DNA of 64,000 nucleotides, from assembly GCA_951406725.2 (NCBI GenBank), contig OX597824.1, forward strand, positions 19,964,001 through 20,028,000. The letters run 5' to 3'. The notes under the pieces were generated by a model, which saw only the letters and a program-made list of their open reading frames with translations, did no database searches and was not told the DNA's origin. The position numbers and the translations under genes are program-made. Shown one piece after another: positions 39,480 through 53,435 of this stretch (positions are counted from its first letter, which is position 1; each line of letters starts with the position of its first letter). The DNA comes from Octopus vulgaris. Taxonomy: Eukaryota.

Positions 39480-39872
39480 TCTTTTACTTGTTTCAATCAT
39501 TTGACTGTGGCCATGCTGGAGTACTACCTTTAGTCGAGCAAATCGACCCCCCAGGACTTATTCTTTGTGAGCCTAGTACTTATTCTATCGGTCCCTTTTG
39601 CAGAACCGCTAAGTTACGGCGTGTTAAACACACCAGCATCGGTTGTCAAGTGATGTTGGGGGGACAAACACAGACACATAAACATATACACACATATACA
39701 CATATATATGCCATACATATATAGGACGGGCTTCTTTCAGTTTCCATCTACCAAATCCACTTGCAAGGCTTTGGTCAGCCCGAGGCTATAGTAGAAGACA
39801 CTTACCCAAGGTGCCACGCAGTGGAACTGAACCCGGAAGCTATCTACTTACCACACAGCCACTCCTTTGCCT
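39480..39872 (-). mobile_element. SINE family A, near full length
   Basis: Reverse complement of 22913-23316. Confidence 0.88.
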
Positions 39873-40230
39873 ATGGTTATTTTATTAGATTCTTTATTTT
39901 CGAAATTAATTGGAACAAAAGCACTATAGTTTGGGAAGAAATATGGTAATGAAAGAGTTAAGTGGACACATGCGTAAACGAATAAGTTCAGAGGTGCACT
40001 TCACAGCCGTGAAGTCCCAGTTTCAATCCTGTTGCATGACATTTTGATCGAGGGTCTTTTACTGTACTTTTCGGTGGAACCAAGATTTGTGAGAGGATTT
40101 GGGGAAACGGGAACTGTATAAATGTCTGCTTAATGGGCTGTACTTGTATTTCAAAAGGAGTAGCCTTCTCAAATGCTGTGTGGGTGTGTCCTGTTGAGTC
40201 ATGAGAATTATGCTAACGGTGCATGTCTTT

Positions 40231-40750
40231 GGAGCTGGCAGAATCATTAGCACGCCGGGCGAGTTCAAATTCCGCCGAGATCGACTTTTCCTTTCATCTT
40301 TTCGGGGTCGATAAATTAAGTACACTGGGGTCGATGTAATTGACTTAATCCATTTGTCCTTGTTTTCCCCCTCTGTGTTTAGCCCCTTGTGGATAGTAAA
40401 GAAATAGGTATTTACATTTTGAGTTCAAATTCTGCCGAGGTTGACTTTGCCTTTCATCTTTTCGGGGTCGATAAATTAAGTACCAGTTACGCACTGGGGT
40501 TGATGTAATCAACTTAATCCATTTGTCTATCCTTGTTTGTCCTCTCTGTGTTTAGCCCCTTGTGAGTAGTAAAGAAATAGGTATTTACATTTTGAGTTCA
40601 AATTCTGCCGAGGTTAACTTTGCCTTTCATCCTTTCGGGGTCGATAAATTAAGTACCAGCTACGCACTGGGGTCGATGTAATTGACTTAATCCATTTGTC
40701 CTTGTTTGCCCGCTCTGTGTTTAGCCCCTTGTGGGTAGTAAAGAAATAGG
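40231..40750 (+). mobile_element. SINE family B, three head-to-tail units (about 180 bp)
   Basis: GAGTTCAAATT...AAAGAAATAGGTA repeated three times, with identical junctions AAAGAAATAGGTATTTACATTTTGAGTTCAAATTCTG. Confidence 0.9.
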
Positions 40751-40903
40751 TACACGTCTTTAGAACACTTTGTATACCAATTCACTGTAGTCATTGCTGT
40801 TGACCAGTGTTATCTCTTCTCACTGTCCCCATGTGTTGCTCTTGACCAGTGCAGCCTTTGCTCATGGTCTACATAGCTTTTAACCAGTGCAGTCTCTTAT
40901 GTT

Positions 40904-41269
40904 ACTCCGTTGGTTACAATGATGAGAGTTCCAGCTGATCCGATCAGCGGAACAGCCTGCTTGTGAAATTAATGTGCAAGTGGCTGAGCGCTCCACAGAC
41001 ACGTGTACCCTCGGGCAGATTCAGTGTGACACAGAGTTAACAAGGCTGGCCCTTCGAAATACAGGTACAACAGAAACAGGAAGAAAGAGTGAGAGAAAGT
41101 CATGGTGAAAGAGTACAGCAGGGTTCGCCACCCCCACCCCCCTGCCAGAGCCTCGTAGAGCTTCAGGTGTTTTCGCTCAATAAACACTCACAATGCCCGG
41201 TCTGGAGATCGAAGCCACAATCCTACAACCGCAAGTCCGCTGCCCTAACCACTGGGCCATTGCACCTCC
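40904..41269 (-). mobile_element. SINE family D, full length
   Basis: Reverse complement of the 10161 copy. Confidence 0.88.
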
Positions 41270-42319
41270 AGAGCAGTCTCTACTCACTGAGTGAAGACAA
41301 CGCTGGTCAACAGCATGCCTATGCGGACACTCTTCCCCATAGGCTGCTGACCATTCTGTTCCCTCCTGCAACTATACCACCCTCCAGGGTCAACCACCAT
41401 AAACAAACTCGTTATCTAAAACAGGTAAGCACCAACCACTGTGCTGTGCAGCTATTCTGCACACCTGCAATTCACTGTGCACACTGCACTTTTAGATACG
41501 ATTTGTGTCACACAGTTCTCGTTTCATTCTTACATATCTACTTCACCTCGTTTTCTTTTTCTTTTTCTTTACGGTGACAGCTCGGTGGTGGCGGCGGCGG
41601 TAGTAGTGGTGGTGGTGATTTTAGTGATAGCAGCAGTACTTTAGTTAAATAGTGTTTTTCTTAAGTTTTGTTGTTGTTAATTCATTTTCTTTTTTTTTCT
41701 TTTTCTTTTTTTTTTTTCCTTTTTGTACTTTTGTGTCGGTTTCATTTTAAAACTGGAAATAAAATACAAGGTCGTCGTTACGATTGGGAGTGTACCGTGC
41801 TGTACTGTACTGTACTGTACTGTACGTCGGGGTGGTGGTGGTGGTGGTAGTGGTGGGGTAGGTCGCAGTGTTTAGCTGACACTGTTTCAGTTCGTTATTG
41901 TAATTGTCTGCTGATTAACTAATGTCGTTTTCGTGTCTTCGTGGCGCTGTTAAAAGTAATAATAATTTATAAAATTTCAACAGAGAAATCTTGCTTGTTT
42001 GTTCCTCCTAAAGAAACGGCAGCCGAGTGGGTGTTCAGCTAGAGTTTCCATTATGGAACTGTGCAATGTGAGATGCCGGGATGTGGTAGCGAGCTAGAAA
42101 TCTGCCTTCTGTTGAGGCGAAAGTACATCTTGTCGTATGCGTTTTGTGTGTGTGTGTGTGTATGAGTGCACCTGTGCATGGATGTGAGCATGGGGGTGCT
42201 TTTGTGCAGATTTATATATAAACACACCATAAAAGATCCCATGGTGCTGCCTGCATCCTAAAAACATGGCTAGCTTCTTACTGGCTTATATATCGGTATA
42301 GTTTTGCAATATGTGTTAC

Positions 42320-42692
42320 ATCATACATATGTGTGTGTATGTGTGTGTACATGTGTATATGTGTATGTATGTATACATATGTATGTGTGTGTGTGTGTGT
42401 ATATATATACATGTGTGTGTATGAATACACGTGTGTGTGTGTATGTATACACGTGTGTGTGTGTGTATGTATACACATGTGTATGTATGTTTACACTTGT
42501 GTGCGTGTGTATGTTTACATGTGTGCGCATGTGTATGTTTACGTGTGTGCGTGTGTTTACATGTGTGTGCATATGTATGTATACATGTGTGTATGTATGT
42601 ATATGTATGTATATGTGTGTATGTATGTATGATGTATATATGCATGTATATATAGGTATGTATGTATGTGTGTGTGTGTATATATGTGTGTG

Positions 42693-42723
<31 letters not shown>

Positions 42724-43530
42724 GTATATAATGTGTTTGTGTATATATATTTATATGTATATATATATATGTGTGTGTATATATATATGAGAGTGTATGT
42801 ATATGTGTGTGTGTGTGCACACACATACACACACCACACATGTATGGATATTTCATCGTCATTGTATATCCACTTTGCATCCTGGCATGGGGTCGAGGCG
42901 TCTACGCAGTTGGTGTTAGCAGCATACATTTGTAGGTACTGCCCACTCTGATAAGTGAGCGGTATCTTGTTGCTTGTGTGCCTGTGTATACATATATATA
43001 GCCTATGTGAATGTGTATTTATATATATAATGTATATGTAAGTATATATATATATATGTACCGGAGTAAACACATAAATGTGAAACAAGGTGGAAAAAAG
43101 AGTACTCAAATACCAGTGGTAGAGTAAAGTATATATATATATATATATATATTTCAAATGTGTATACTCATGTGTATGTATAATATACATTGTTATATGC
43201 ATGTTAGAGTGTGTGTATAGTGATATGCATAGGTTTTTTTGTGCATGTGGGTGTATTATGTATGTGTATGTATGAATTTACATGTGTATATATGTGTGTA
43301 TATACATGTATGTATGCTCGTGTGTGTGATTTATATCTATATCTGTGCACATATACGTATGTGTGTATGCACTTGTGTGTGATCTATGTCTGTATCTGTG
43401 CACATATATATATATGTATGTGTATGTATGCATGTGTGTGTGTGTATGTGCGTGTGTATATCTATATATGTATGTATGTATGTATGCATGCATGCGTGCA
43501 TATGTGTGTGTCTATATACATGTATGTATG
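42320..43530. repeat. Degenerate (TG)/(TATG) microsatellite field
   Basis: Seen directly. Confidence 0.9.
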
Positions 43531-44031
43531 TATTATTTTTTTTGTTCTTTTGCTTTTTTTTTTCTCCCATGTTCATTTTCCCCTGCTAACACTGGTTAGG
43601 GGTTTATGCTATTGGAGCCTTGTTTTACAACTGGAGGCCCTTCCTGGTGCCAACCCTTACCTCTTTCTCGAGTATGGGGGGCTCTTATTTCATACAGCCC
43701 GAAATGTACGGGGCAGGTTGAGGACCTTACTGAACTGCCAACAACAACAACAACACTTAAGTCATAACATTCACACACACACACACAAACATTGGTTATT
43801 AAGGGGCTTCTTCTCTGTTTCTGCTTATTAATACCATTCTGGAGCTGTAGTGGAAGATATTTGTCCCCTTGCCCAATGTGCCACAGTTTTATAATAATGA
43901 ACCCTAAACCATGGGGCTGAGATGCAAATTTCTTAGTCATGATTGTGCATCTACACACACACATTTATATAGACTCATGTATATCTACATGTTTGTGTAC
44001 ATGTGTGTGTGTGTGTGCGCATATTCATATG

Positions 44032-44101
<70 letters not shown>

Positions 44102-44624
44102 TACATCTACAGGTATATATAATAATAATAATTCTCTCTACTGGAAGCAACAGACCTCAAATTTAGGGGAAGGAATTAAGCCAATTACGTTGACCCCCAA
44201 AAGGATGATAGGCAACATTGAGTTCAACAGAATTTGAACTCAGAATGATAATAATAATAATAATAATAATATCTGTAGGTGTGCTCATGCACCTGCATAC
44301 AACAGCGTATGCATGTATAGGTATGTAAATGTATGTGTGTGAGTGAATGCTTATATAAGTGTGTGCGTGTGTAATATAAGGTAGCAAATTTACAGTGTTG
44401 TTGGTCTTCAATAAAATGATCTAACTCTCTGCATCGTGGGTTCAAATCCCAACAAAGTCTAATTTGCATTTCATCTTTCTGGAATTGATGAAAACGAATA
44501 CCATCCAAAGTGTTGTCTGATTTGATTGTACACAGGATGAAATGTCTAATCGCGTTTATTGTGTCACTCTGTGCATTTTAAGTTCAAATCCAGTCCCATC
44601 GCCAAAAGTCTGCGACACTATCTC

Positions 44625-46086
44625 TTTTACTCCTTTACTCTTTTACTTGTTTCAGTCATTTGACTGTGGCCATGCTGGAGCACCGCCTTTAGTCGAGCAA
44701 ACCGACCCCAGGATTTATTCTTTGTTAGCCTGGTGCTTATTCTATCGGCCACTTTTGCCGAACTGCTAAGTTACAGGAATGTAAATACACCAGCATCGGT
44801 TGTCAAGCGATGTTGGGGGGGGGCGACAAACACAGATACACAAATATATACACACACATACACATACTCTTTACTAGTTTCAGTCATTTGACTGTGGCCA
44901 TGCTGGAGCACCACCTTTAGTCGACCAAATCAACCCCAGGACTTATTCTTTGTAAGCCTAGTACTTATTCTATCGGTCTTCTCTTTTTGCCAAACCGCTA
45001 AGTTACAGGGATGTAAACACAAAAGCATCGGTTGTCAAGCGATGTTGGGGAGTGGGACAAACACAGATACACAGATATATACACACACATACATATATAT
45101 ATTATATATACGACAGGCTTCTTTCAGTTTCCATCTAACAAATCCACTCACAAGGCTTTGGTCGGCCCGAGGCTATAGTAGAAGACACTTGGTCAAGTTG
45201 CCACACAGTGGGACTGAACCCGGAACCACGTGGTTGGTAAGCAAGCTACTTACCACACAGCCACTCCTGCACCTATATCTGTCATGAGTTGTGATCAAGT
45301 GAGAGAGTTTTAGCAATTTGGAAGAAAAAAACCTATGGAAACATGGTTCCTGGAATCACTCGAAAGTTTGGCTGTGATGTGTGTGTGTGTTGCAACCAAC
45401 TAGTTTTGGGGTTCAATACTCCTGCTCAGTACCTTGGGGTATGTCTTCTACTATAGCCCTGGGTCACCAATTGGCTCATGAGTGAATTTGCTAGATGAAA
45501 ACTGTGTAGAAGCCTATTGTTTGTGTTTGTATTCATATTTGTCCTCACCACTGCTTGACAACCGATGTTGGTTTGTTTGCATCCCCATATTCCCCACAAC
45601 TTAGCAATTCAACAAGAGAGATGGATAGACTAAGAACTAGACTTAATAAAAACCGGGGTTGATTGGTTTGATTAAATCCTTCAAATTGGTGCTACAGCAT
45701 GGCCACAATTCAATGGCTGAAACCTGAAAAAGATCAGCTATATATACTCTTTACTCTTTTACTTGTTTCAGTCATGTGACTGTGGCCACGCTGGAGCACC
45801 GCCTTTAGTCAAGCAAATCGACCCCAGGAGTTATTCTTTGTAAGCCTAGTACTTATTCTATTGGTCTCTTTTGCCGAACTGCTAAGTTACGGGGGACGTA
45901 AACACACCAATATGCATATATACGACGGGTTTCTTTTCAGTTTCCGTCTACCAAATCCACTCACAAACCTTAGGTCGGCCTGAGGCTATAGTAGAAGACA
46001 CTTGCCCAAGGTGCTACACAGTGGGACTGAACCCGGAACCATGTGGTTCGTAAGCAAGCTACTTACCTAAGAGCCACTCCTGCGCC
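44625..46086. mobile_element. Cluster of SINE A copies (minus 44625-45273 with duplicated 3' half, old plus copy about 45400-45730, minus 45746-46086)
   Basis: Homology to family A. Confidence 0.85.
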
Positions 46087-46699
46087 TATGCATATATATA
46101 TATGCACGCACACACACATGCAGTTCCTATTGATTTCAGTGACTAGTCTGCTCACTTCCCCACTTATATTACTGCTATTTCTGTTTGTAGAGACCATAGG
46201 AGAAGTGCCATCATTAGCCATGAAGGTCATTTGAACTCGGGGCTTCTGGTTCATTTCAACTAGTCATGGCCAAGCCTTTCCGTTCTCTGGCACTCTGCTT
46301 ATTCCTGGCCACATCATCCTTCACTGCCGTCATTTTAAATAAATTATTTAAAAAGCCGAGCACGCCGTTACGTACACGCGCATATATACACGCCGCAGTT
46401 ACGTACACATGTGCACATGCCAGTAACGGCGGCAACTGCAGCAACTGCATTCCGAAATCTATTTTACATAGATGCTGTAGTGGGAAGGCATCGGTTCAAT
46501 GTTAAATCCAAAAATCTTCAGTTCTCACATACTGAAAAATGCTCTTCTTTGCAAAAGACTCTCTCTCTCTCTCTCTTTGTCTTCCTTTTTCAAAGAACTC
46601 TTCCTCTTCCTCCCTCAAAGAACTCTTCCTCTTCCTCCCTCTCTTCCTGCCACCCCTTCCCTATCTATATATCAACCTCCTCTTACTCATCCTCTCTCC

Positions 46700-46739
<40 letters not shown>

Positions 46740-47499
46740 CTTTTTACCACCTTTCAAATTCTGCTTTACCATATTATCAATTCTAGATTTTCTGGAAAAA
46801 TTCTCGCTTGTTTTTTTTTTTGTTTTTCTTTTATCGTATATTACTTTTTATTTTTTTATTTTTTGTTGTCTTTTTTTTTCAATTTATTTTTACTTCATCT
46901 GTTTATTTTAATTTTTTTTTGAAAAAAATTTTTTTTGTTTTTCTTTACATACATAACATTTTACATATTTATTTATTTATTCATTTATTTATTTAAATTT
47001 TATTTTATTTTATTCCTTTATTTATTTTTACTTTGTGTGTTATTTTGTTTCTCAACTGGCAGCGTCACATCAACTGGCCATTACAGATCTAGAGTGAAAT
47101 TATGAAGCCTAGAGCTGTACTTAAAAAAATACAGCTATGACAATATCCTGACATAAAATATAATGGTGCTAGTAGCAATAGTAATAGTGGTGGTAGTAGT
47201 AGTAGTATTAATAATAATAATAATTTAGAAGGAATTCCTTATGAGTCATAGAAAATACGGTATGGTTATGGCGGCAGTAGACATTTGAACTTTATTCCTT
47301 TCATTTACTACAATCTTTTGTCTGAAAGGAATGCTCTCCTACTCACTATTATTATTATTTTTATTATTATTTTTTTTTTAAATATTTTATTTGATTTATC
47401 CCATGATTTATTTATGTATTTTTATTTATTTATTCCCATAGCTGCCTTTCAATTCTTGCCTCAGTTTTGTTTTCATCTCCTTCTACCACTACTCTTAAT

Positions 47500-47512
47500 T
47501 TATATATGTGTA

Positions 47513-47562
<50 letters not shown>

Positions 47563-47670
47563 GTTATAGTTATATATTTTTTTATATATTTTCAATTCTC
47601 CCTTTTCCATCCCTTTAACTTTCTCTTCTTCCTTGCCTCCTGCTCCTACTCATAATGTGTGTCCATGTGC

Positions 47671-47767
<97 letters not shown>

Positions 47768-47866
47768 TTCTATTTCTGCATATGCCCTTCTGTTCCTCCT
47801 CCCTCTTTTCCTCTGTCAAACTCTAGGTGCTGAAACCATCCCCTTCTCCTGCCCCTCCTCTCTCTT

Positions 47867-47918
<52 letters not shown>

Positions 47919-48205
47919 ACACACATCTGTCTACATCAAACATCCATGTATCTATCTTTTACTTGAAAACTCTCTTGTGAAAATGCCTGTCTCTGTTTCT
48001 TTTATATGTTTTATAAACACACACATACACACACGTGTGTGGGTGTGTGTATTTCAATGTGTACATGCATGTATATATGCATGTATATATATATTTATGC
48101 ATGTATATAGACATGCATATATATATATATGTCTGTATGTATGTGTGTATATATATATGCATGTCTGTATGTATGTGTATATATATATATATGCATGTCT
48201 GTATG

Positions 48206-48247
<42 letters not shown>

Positions 48248-48289
48248 TGTCTGTATGTATGTGTGTATATATATGAATGTCTGTATGTA

Positions 48290-48335
<46 letters not shown>

Positions 48336-49016
48336 TGTCTGTATATATGCGTGTATATATATATATATATATATATATATGCATGTCTGTATGTATGTGT
48401 ATATATGTATGCATGTCTGTATGTATGTGTGTATATATGTATGCATGTTTGTGTGTAATTATGTGAGCATTAATGCCCATACAGATAATTATATAAATAC
48501 ATGTAATACACACGTGTACACATATCAGTGTCATATTTTGTTTATTTTTGAGTATATATATAGATAATTATATGTGTAACATTATATCATATATATATAT
48601 ATATATATCATATATATATATAATATAATATAATATAATATAAAGAGAGACAGACAGACAGACGGACGGATGGATTGTTTGTATGTGTGTGTGTATGTGT
48701 GTGTATATACCCAATCCATGTCTAACCCCATCCAGTATATATTTTTGCCCTTATGCGTTGGACCCTCTTCCTTTCACTCACATTATCAAACTCCCCCCCC
48801 ACTCCCTCTGTCTCATTCACATTATCAACACTCACCCCCCCTCTCTCTCTCTCTCATATTTTCAACTCTCCTTCTCTCTCTCTCCCTCCCCCCCCACACA
48901 TTTTCTTCCTCTCCTTCTTCCATAAAATTTGTTTGTTTTGCTCCTTTATTCTTTGATATTCGCCAATATATTTTTTCCCCTTTTTTTTTTTGTACGTTTG
49001 TGTGTTTTCTTTTGAT

Positions 49017-49056
<40 letters not shown>

Positions 49057-49236
49057 CTTGTAATGTTTGTCCTCTCATCCTTCTCCATCTCTCTCTAATT
49101 ATTCTCTCTCTCTCTCTCCATCTCTCTTCCCACTCTCTCAGCTGACTGTTGTTATCCATTATACATACAGCTGTCTACCATCTCCACATATACACCTACT
49201 GCACACACATCTGTGCATCAAGCATGCACATTACAT

Positions 49237-49275
<39 letters not shown>

Positions 49276-50287
49276 AATTATCTCTCACTGTTTCCTTTTT
49301 TTCATTCTCTTTTTCCCCCTCTCTCTCTTTTTTACTCTCTCACTTTCTCTATCTTTTTATCATTAACTCTTTGTTTTTCTCTCTTTTTCCCCTCTCTTCC
49401 CCATATCTTCATTATCTCTGCCTCTCTCTCTCTCTCTCTCTCTTATTCTGTCTTTCTCTCTTTAATTATTTCTCACTGTCCTTCTATCTCTCTCTCTCTC
49501 TCCCTCTCTTATTCTGTCTTTCTCGCTTTAATCATTTTTCACTCTCCCTCTATCTCTCTTTCACCCTCTCATTACGACCTTGGTTTCCTGCTTTCACTCT
49601 TTCTCCTCCTCCACCTCCTCTTCCTCCTCCTCCTCTCTACACCCAAAGTGGTCTGCTGCTCTTCTCCCCCTTCCTCTCCCTTACTACTCCTCCTCTTCTT
49701 CTATCTCCCCTCGTCCCTCTGCCTATCTCTCGCATACGGTTTCCTGCATTTTCTCTCCTTCGCCTATCCACCACCCCCACCCCATCCCCCACCCCATCCA
49801 CCGCCACCTTTACCATCTCTTTTACAACATGGGATTTCCTGCTCGCTCACCCCTCCCCCCAAATCCCTCTTGTTACCATGTAGTCTTTCTACAGTCATGT
49901 TTCCTGTCCGCATCTGCCCATGCATACAAAATTTCCATGTCCGAGACCCCCCCTTTTCCTTCATTTCTTTCATCGCTGGTACCTATACATTATGTAGCTA
50001 TCTGCATCTATACATCTCTCTCTCTCTCTCAGACACACTTTTACACGCATACATGTTCACACACACACACACACACACACACATCTTCACACCATTTTCT
50101 TCCTCTCTTCAGAATCTATTTATATAAAAGTTTATGTCACTGGTCATAATATTTTATGCATATTTTCTTGTATGTCATACATACATTCATGTATAAATGA
50201 ACGTGTGCGTGTTTGTGTGTGTGTGTGTGTGTTTGTTTGTGTGTATGTGTTTCTGTGTGTTTGCGTTGTATGTGTGTTGGGGTGTGA

Positions 50288-50331
<44 letters not shown>

Positions 50332-50691
50332 TCACACACACACACACATGCATATATAAACACATACACACATGTGCACACACATACACATATGTGCGCT
50401 CACACATGCATACGTAAACACATACACATACATGCATGCATATATATGTGCACACACATGCATGCATAAACACACACACACATGCATACATAAACACATA
50501 CATGCATCCATATATGTGCACACACATACACTCACACACGTGTACATAAACACATACACACATACATATATGTGCACATGCATATACACACACACACATG
50601 CATACTATTAGCTCATCAAATCTTGTCAAACCATCCAACCCATGCCAGCATGCAAAACCGACATTAAAGGATGATGATGACAATGCCAAAC

Positions 50692-50720
<29 letters not shown>
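47500..50720. repeat. Low-complexity tract: (TA)n, (TATG)n, (CT)n polypyrimidine, (CA)n
   Basis: Seen directly. Source of the S/L/P- and Y/I/M/C-rich ORFs. Confidence 0.9.
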
Positions 50721-50722
<2 letters not shown>

Positions 50723-52039
50723 CAGTATGAAAACAAAGGAATCCTATTAAACCACAGGTTGGGTATCATACGAGAATATATAGACAATGATCATGACACT
50801 GAAACAAAAACAAAATAAAATAAAAATAAAAATGAAAAATAAAGAAACAAAAACAATGATCTAGATTGGACACCGGCAGAGTTACTGAAGCATGGAAGTC
50901 AGAGTGCCATAACATCACTGACCAATCTGCCTGTAATGACAGTTTTGTCTCAGAAGTGTGACAGTGAAGTGTGATAGTCAAACTGCTTAAAGGAAAGCAA
51001 TACAGTTGATTGTAACAATTGGCTCGGAGTTTACATTGTTGTCGGTCTTCGGTAAGGTCTTTTGAGGTTTGCTGCTCCAGCCTTTTCATTGCTATCATGA
51101 AGAACAAGCAGGTTTCACACAAGAGCAACCAAGCCGCGAACAACATCCTCGCAATGTAGATTTATCGTTCAACAGTGTCTGGATTCGCAGCAACCCATTG
51201 TCAATCAGTTTTATTGGCTTTGAAAATGGTAAAATGGTATTATTCTGCAGCGTTCATCAAGTGTCTATCCAGCATTGTGTAAACCGAAAGCTAACAGAAT
51301 CCCAGAATGCTACTACATCAAAATGTTTAGAAATATTTATTACTGTATTTTCTGGCATTCAAATCGAATTCTTTAGGCCAAACTTCACAGCCAAAAGGGT
51401 TAGGCTGACTTATACATCAAAACAACTTTGGGGGACCAAAAATTTCATGGCAAAGCAGCAGGATTTGCAAAGATGGTTACACTACATGTTTCAAAGGTTA
51501 TGCTACATGTTTCAATGGTTACACTACATGTTTCTACTATGCGCTACGTTCACTTGTATGTGGAAAATGGAAGCACTAGATACTTTCACATCTTTTATAG
51601 GGTTTACCAAGGTTACGATCGAATGCCATGCTTCTTTCTTGCTAACCATTTGGTTCCATCCATGAGAATGGTGGTCTCGCAACAACCTATGTTGTGTTTG
51701 AAAGGTGACAGCACAGTATGTTGGTACATGCGTTTGTAAGCTTGTGTTTGTATAATTATCTATAGGGGCATTATTAATGCTCACATCATCTCACACACAC
51801 ACACACATAGAGGTGTGCGTACATATATCATATACATATATACAAACACATTGAAATGTGTATGTGTGTGTTCATCATTTACAAAATCAACTATAAGCAT
51901 GTTTTGTCTTTGATTTTTAAAATTTCCTTTTGAAAATAACATTGTATAGTCTTGTGTGTCTGTTTGCATATATATATATATATATATATACATATATGTG
52001 TGTGTGTGTGTGTGTGTGTGACCATTCAATATGTGACTG

Positions 52040-52222
52040 CGTGTGTATCGTTGGCGATTCTTTTTTTCCTTCATCTTCCCTTCATTGGATCTTTCCTTTT
52101 TCTATGTTTCTGACGAAGAGCTCCGCTCGAAATGTTAAATCCTCCCTCTTTCTTTCCTTTCCTGAGCATCCAGTAATACTATACTTGTTCCACGTCCTCG
52201 CGTTGTTGCGTTTTCTCCTTGT
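52040..52222 (+). mobile_element. Short Penelope-like terminal-repeat relic with a minimal hammerhead motif (52106-52140)
   Basis: GTTT-CTGACGA-A-GAGC(TCC)GCTC-GAAA-TG-TT|AAAT. Related copy at 56460-56640. Confidence 0.6.
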
Positions 52223-53393
52223 ATATATGTGTGTGTGTGTGTATAATCAACATGACTTTTTAAAGCCATGTATGGCATCACAAGTATATAAATCTGCACT
52301 CGCTGTAGTAAATAATAAAGATGTATATAACAGGACTCTGAGTGAAACGACATGGATTAATGACTGCTCCCTTTCAGCAGACCCTATCTTTATTTCCCTG
52401 CCGTACAACACCACACTGTGATGTCTTTAACAAAGACCTTAGCATGATATGTAACAGGATTTTTTTTTTTTTTTTATCAAGGATTGAAACTAGTTCATGG
52501 GGCTTCATTTGGTTGGAAAGACTTCACACTTCTCTTTTCGTATTTTTTGGATATGTTTTTTATTATTATTTTAGTGATAAATGTGTTTGTTTGTGTTTGT
52601 ATTTTGCAATGATGTGGGTGTTCGGTGGTGGTCAAAAACTACGTTAATATCTCTGGATATTCATCTGAAGAACTGCCACCGCCACGGCAGCGATATCTGG
52701 TTTTTTTCCTTTAGCCTGATGGCAACTGCCGAGTGACGATTGTTCTTGCATTGTGTGCGTTTATCGGTATGGTTACCAGGGCTGCCCCTATAGATTCTGT
52801 TAGGGGTCAGTGTGCATCGTAAATGTCATAAACAAAACTGCACGAATAATTCCCCATCATTTGAAACAAACAAAACGAACAAACAAATATAGATGTAATG
52901 AAGTGGGTAGTGGTGGGTGCTGGTGGTGGCGGTGGTGTAAGGATTGATGTGGACCCTACCTCCCCCCCTTTCTTCTACCCCCCCCCCACCTCTTCTACAC
53001 AAACGCTTAGTTCTGATTCCCAGTGATATTTTTTTTTCCCTTAATGTTAGGACATCCTAACATGTACTGCTGCAGCTGAGCTGGAGTTGTTTAAAGAACC
53101 TCTTATCTACTTTACCATTCTTTCCTCTCCTACTCAAATATCATAAATGGGGTTGGCTTTTTTTTTTTGCTTGTCTTTTTGGAAAGGTTTTTGTTTGTTT
53201 TGTTTTTTTTACATGACACAAGCATTTTTTACATTTTTTTTTTCTGTTTTTTTTTTTTTTTAAGAGATTAGAGTATGCAGTTGTTTGAATTCACTGTCCA
53301 GTGTATTGCTGTTTTTTTTTTCTTTTTGTTCTTTTTTGTGTATTGTTGACTCTGATAGGATGTGGACTTGGAACAGTGAAGTCCTGGAATTAA

Positions 53394-53434
<41 letters not shown>

Positions 53435-53435
<1 letters not shown>

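Noticed and set aside
49213-50149. 304-aa and 189-aa Ser/Leu/Pro-rich ORFs
   Set aside because: (CT)n polypyrimidine low-complexity sequence with no domain.
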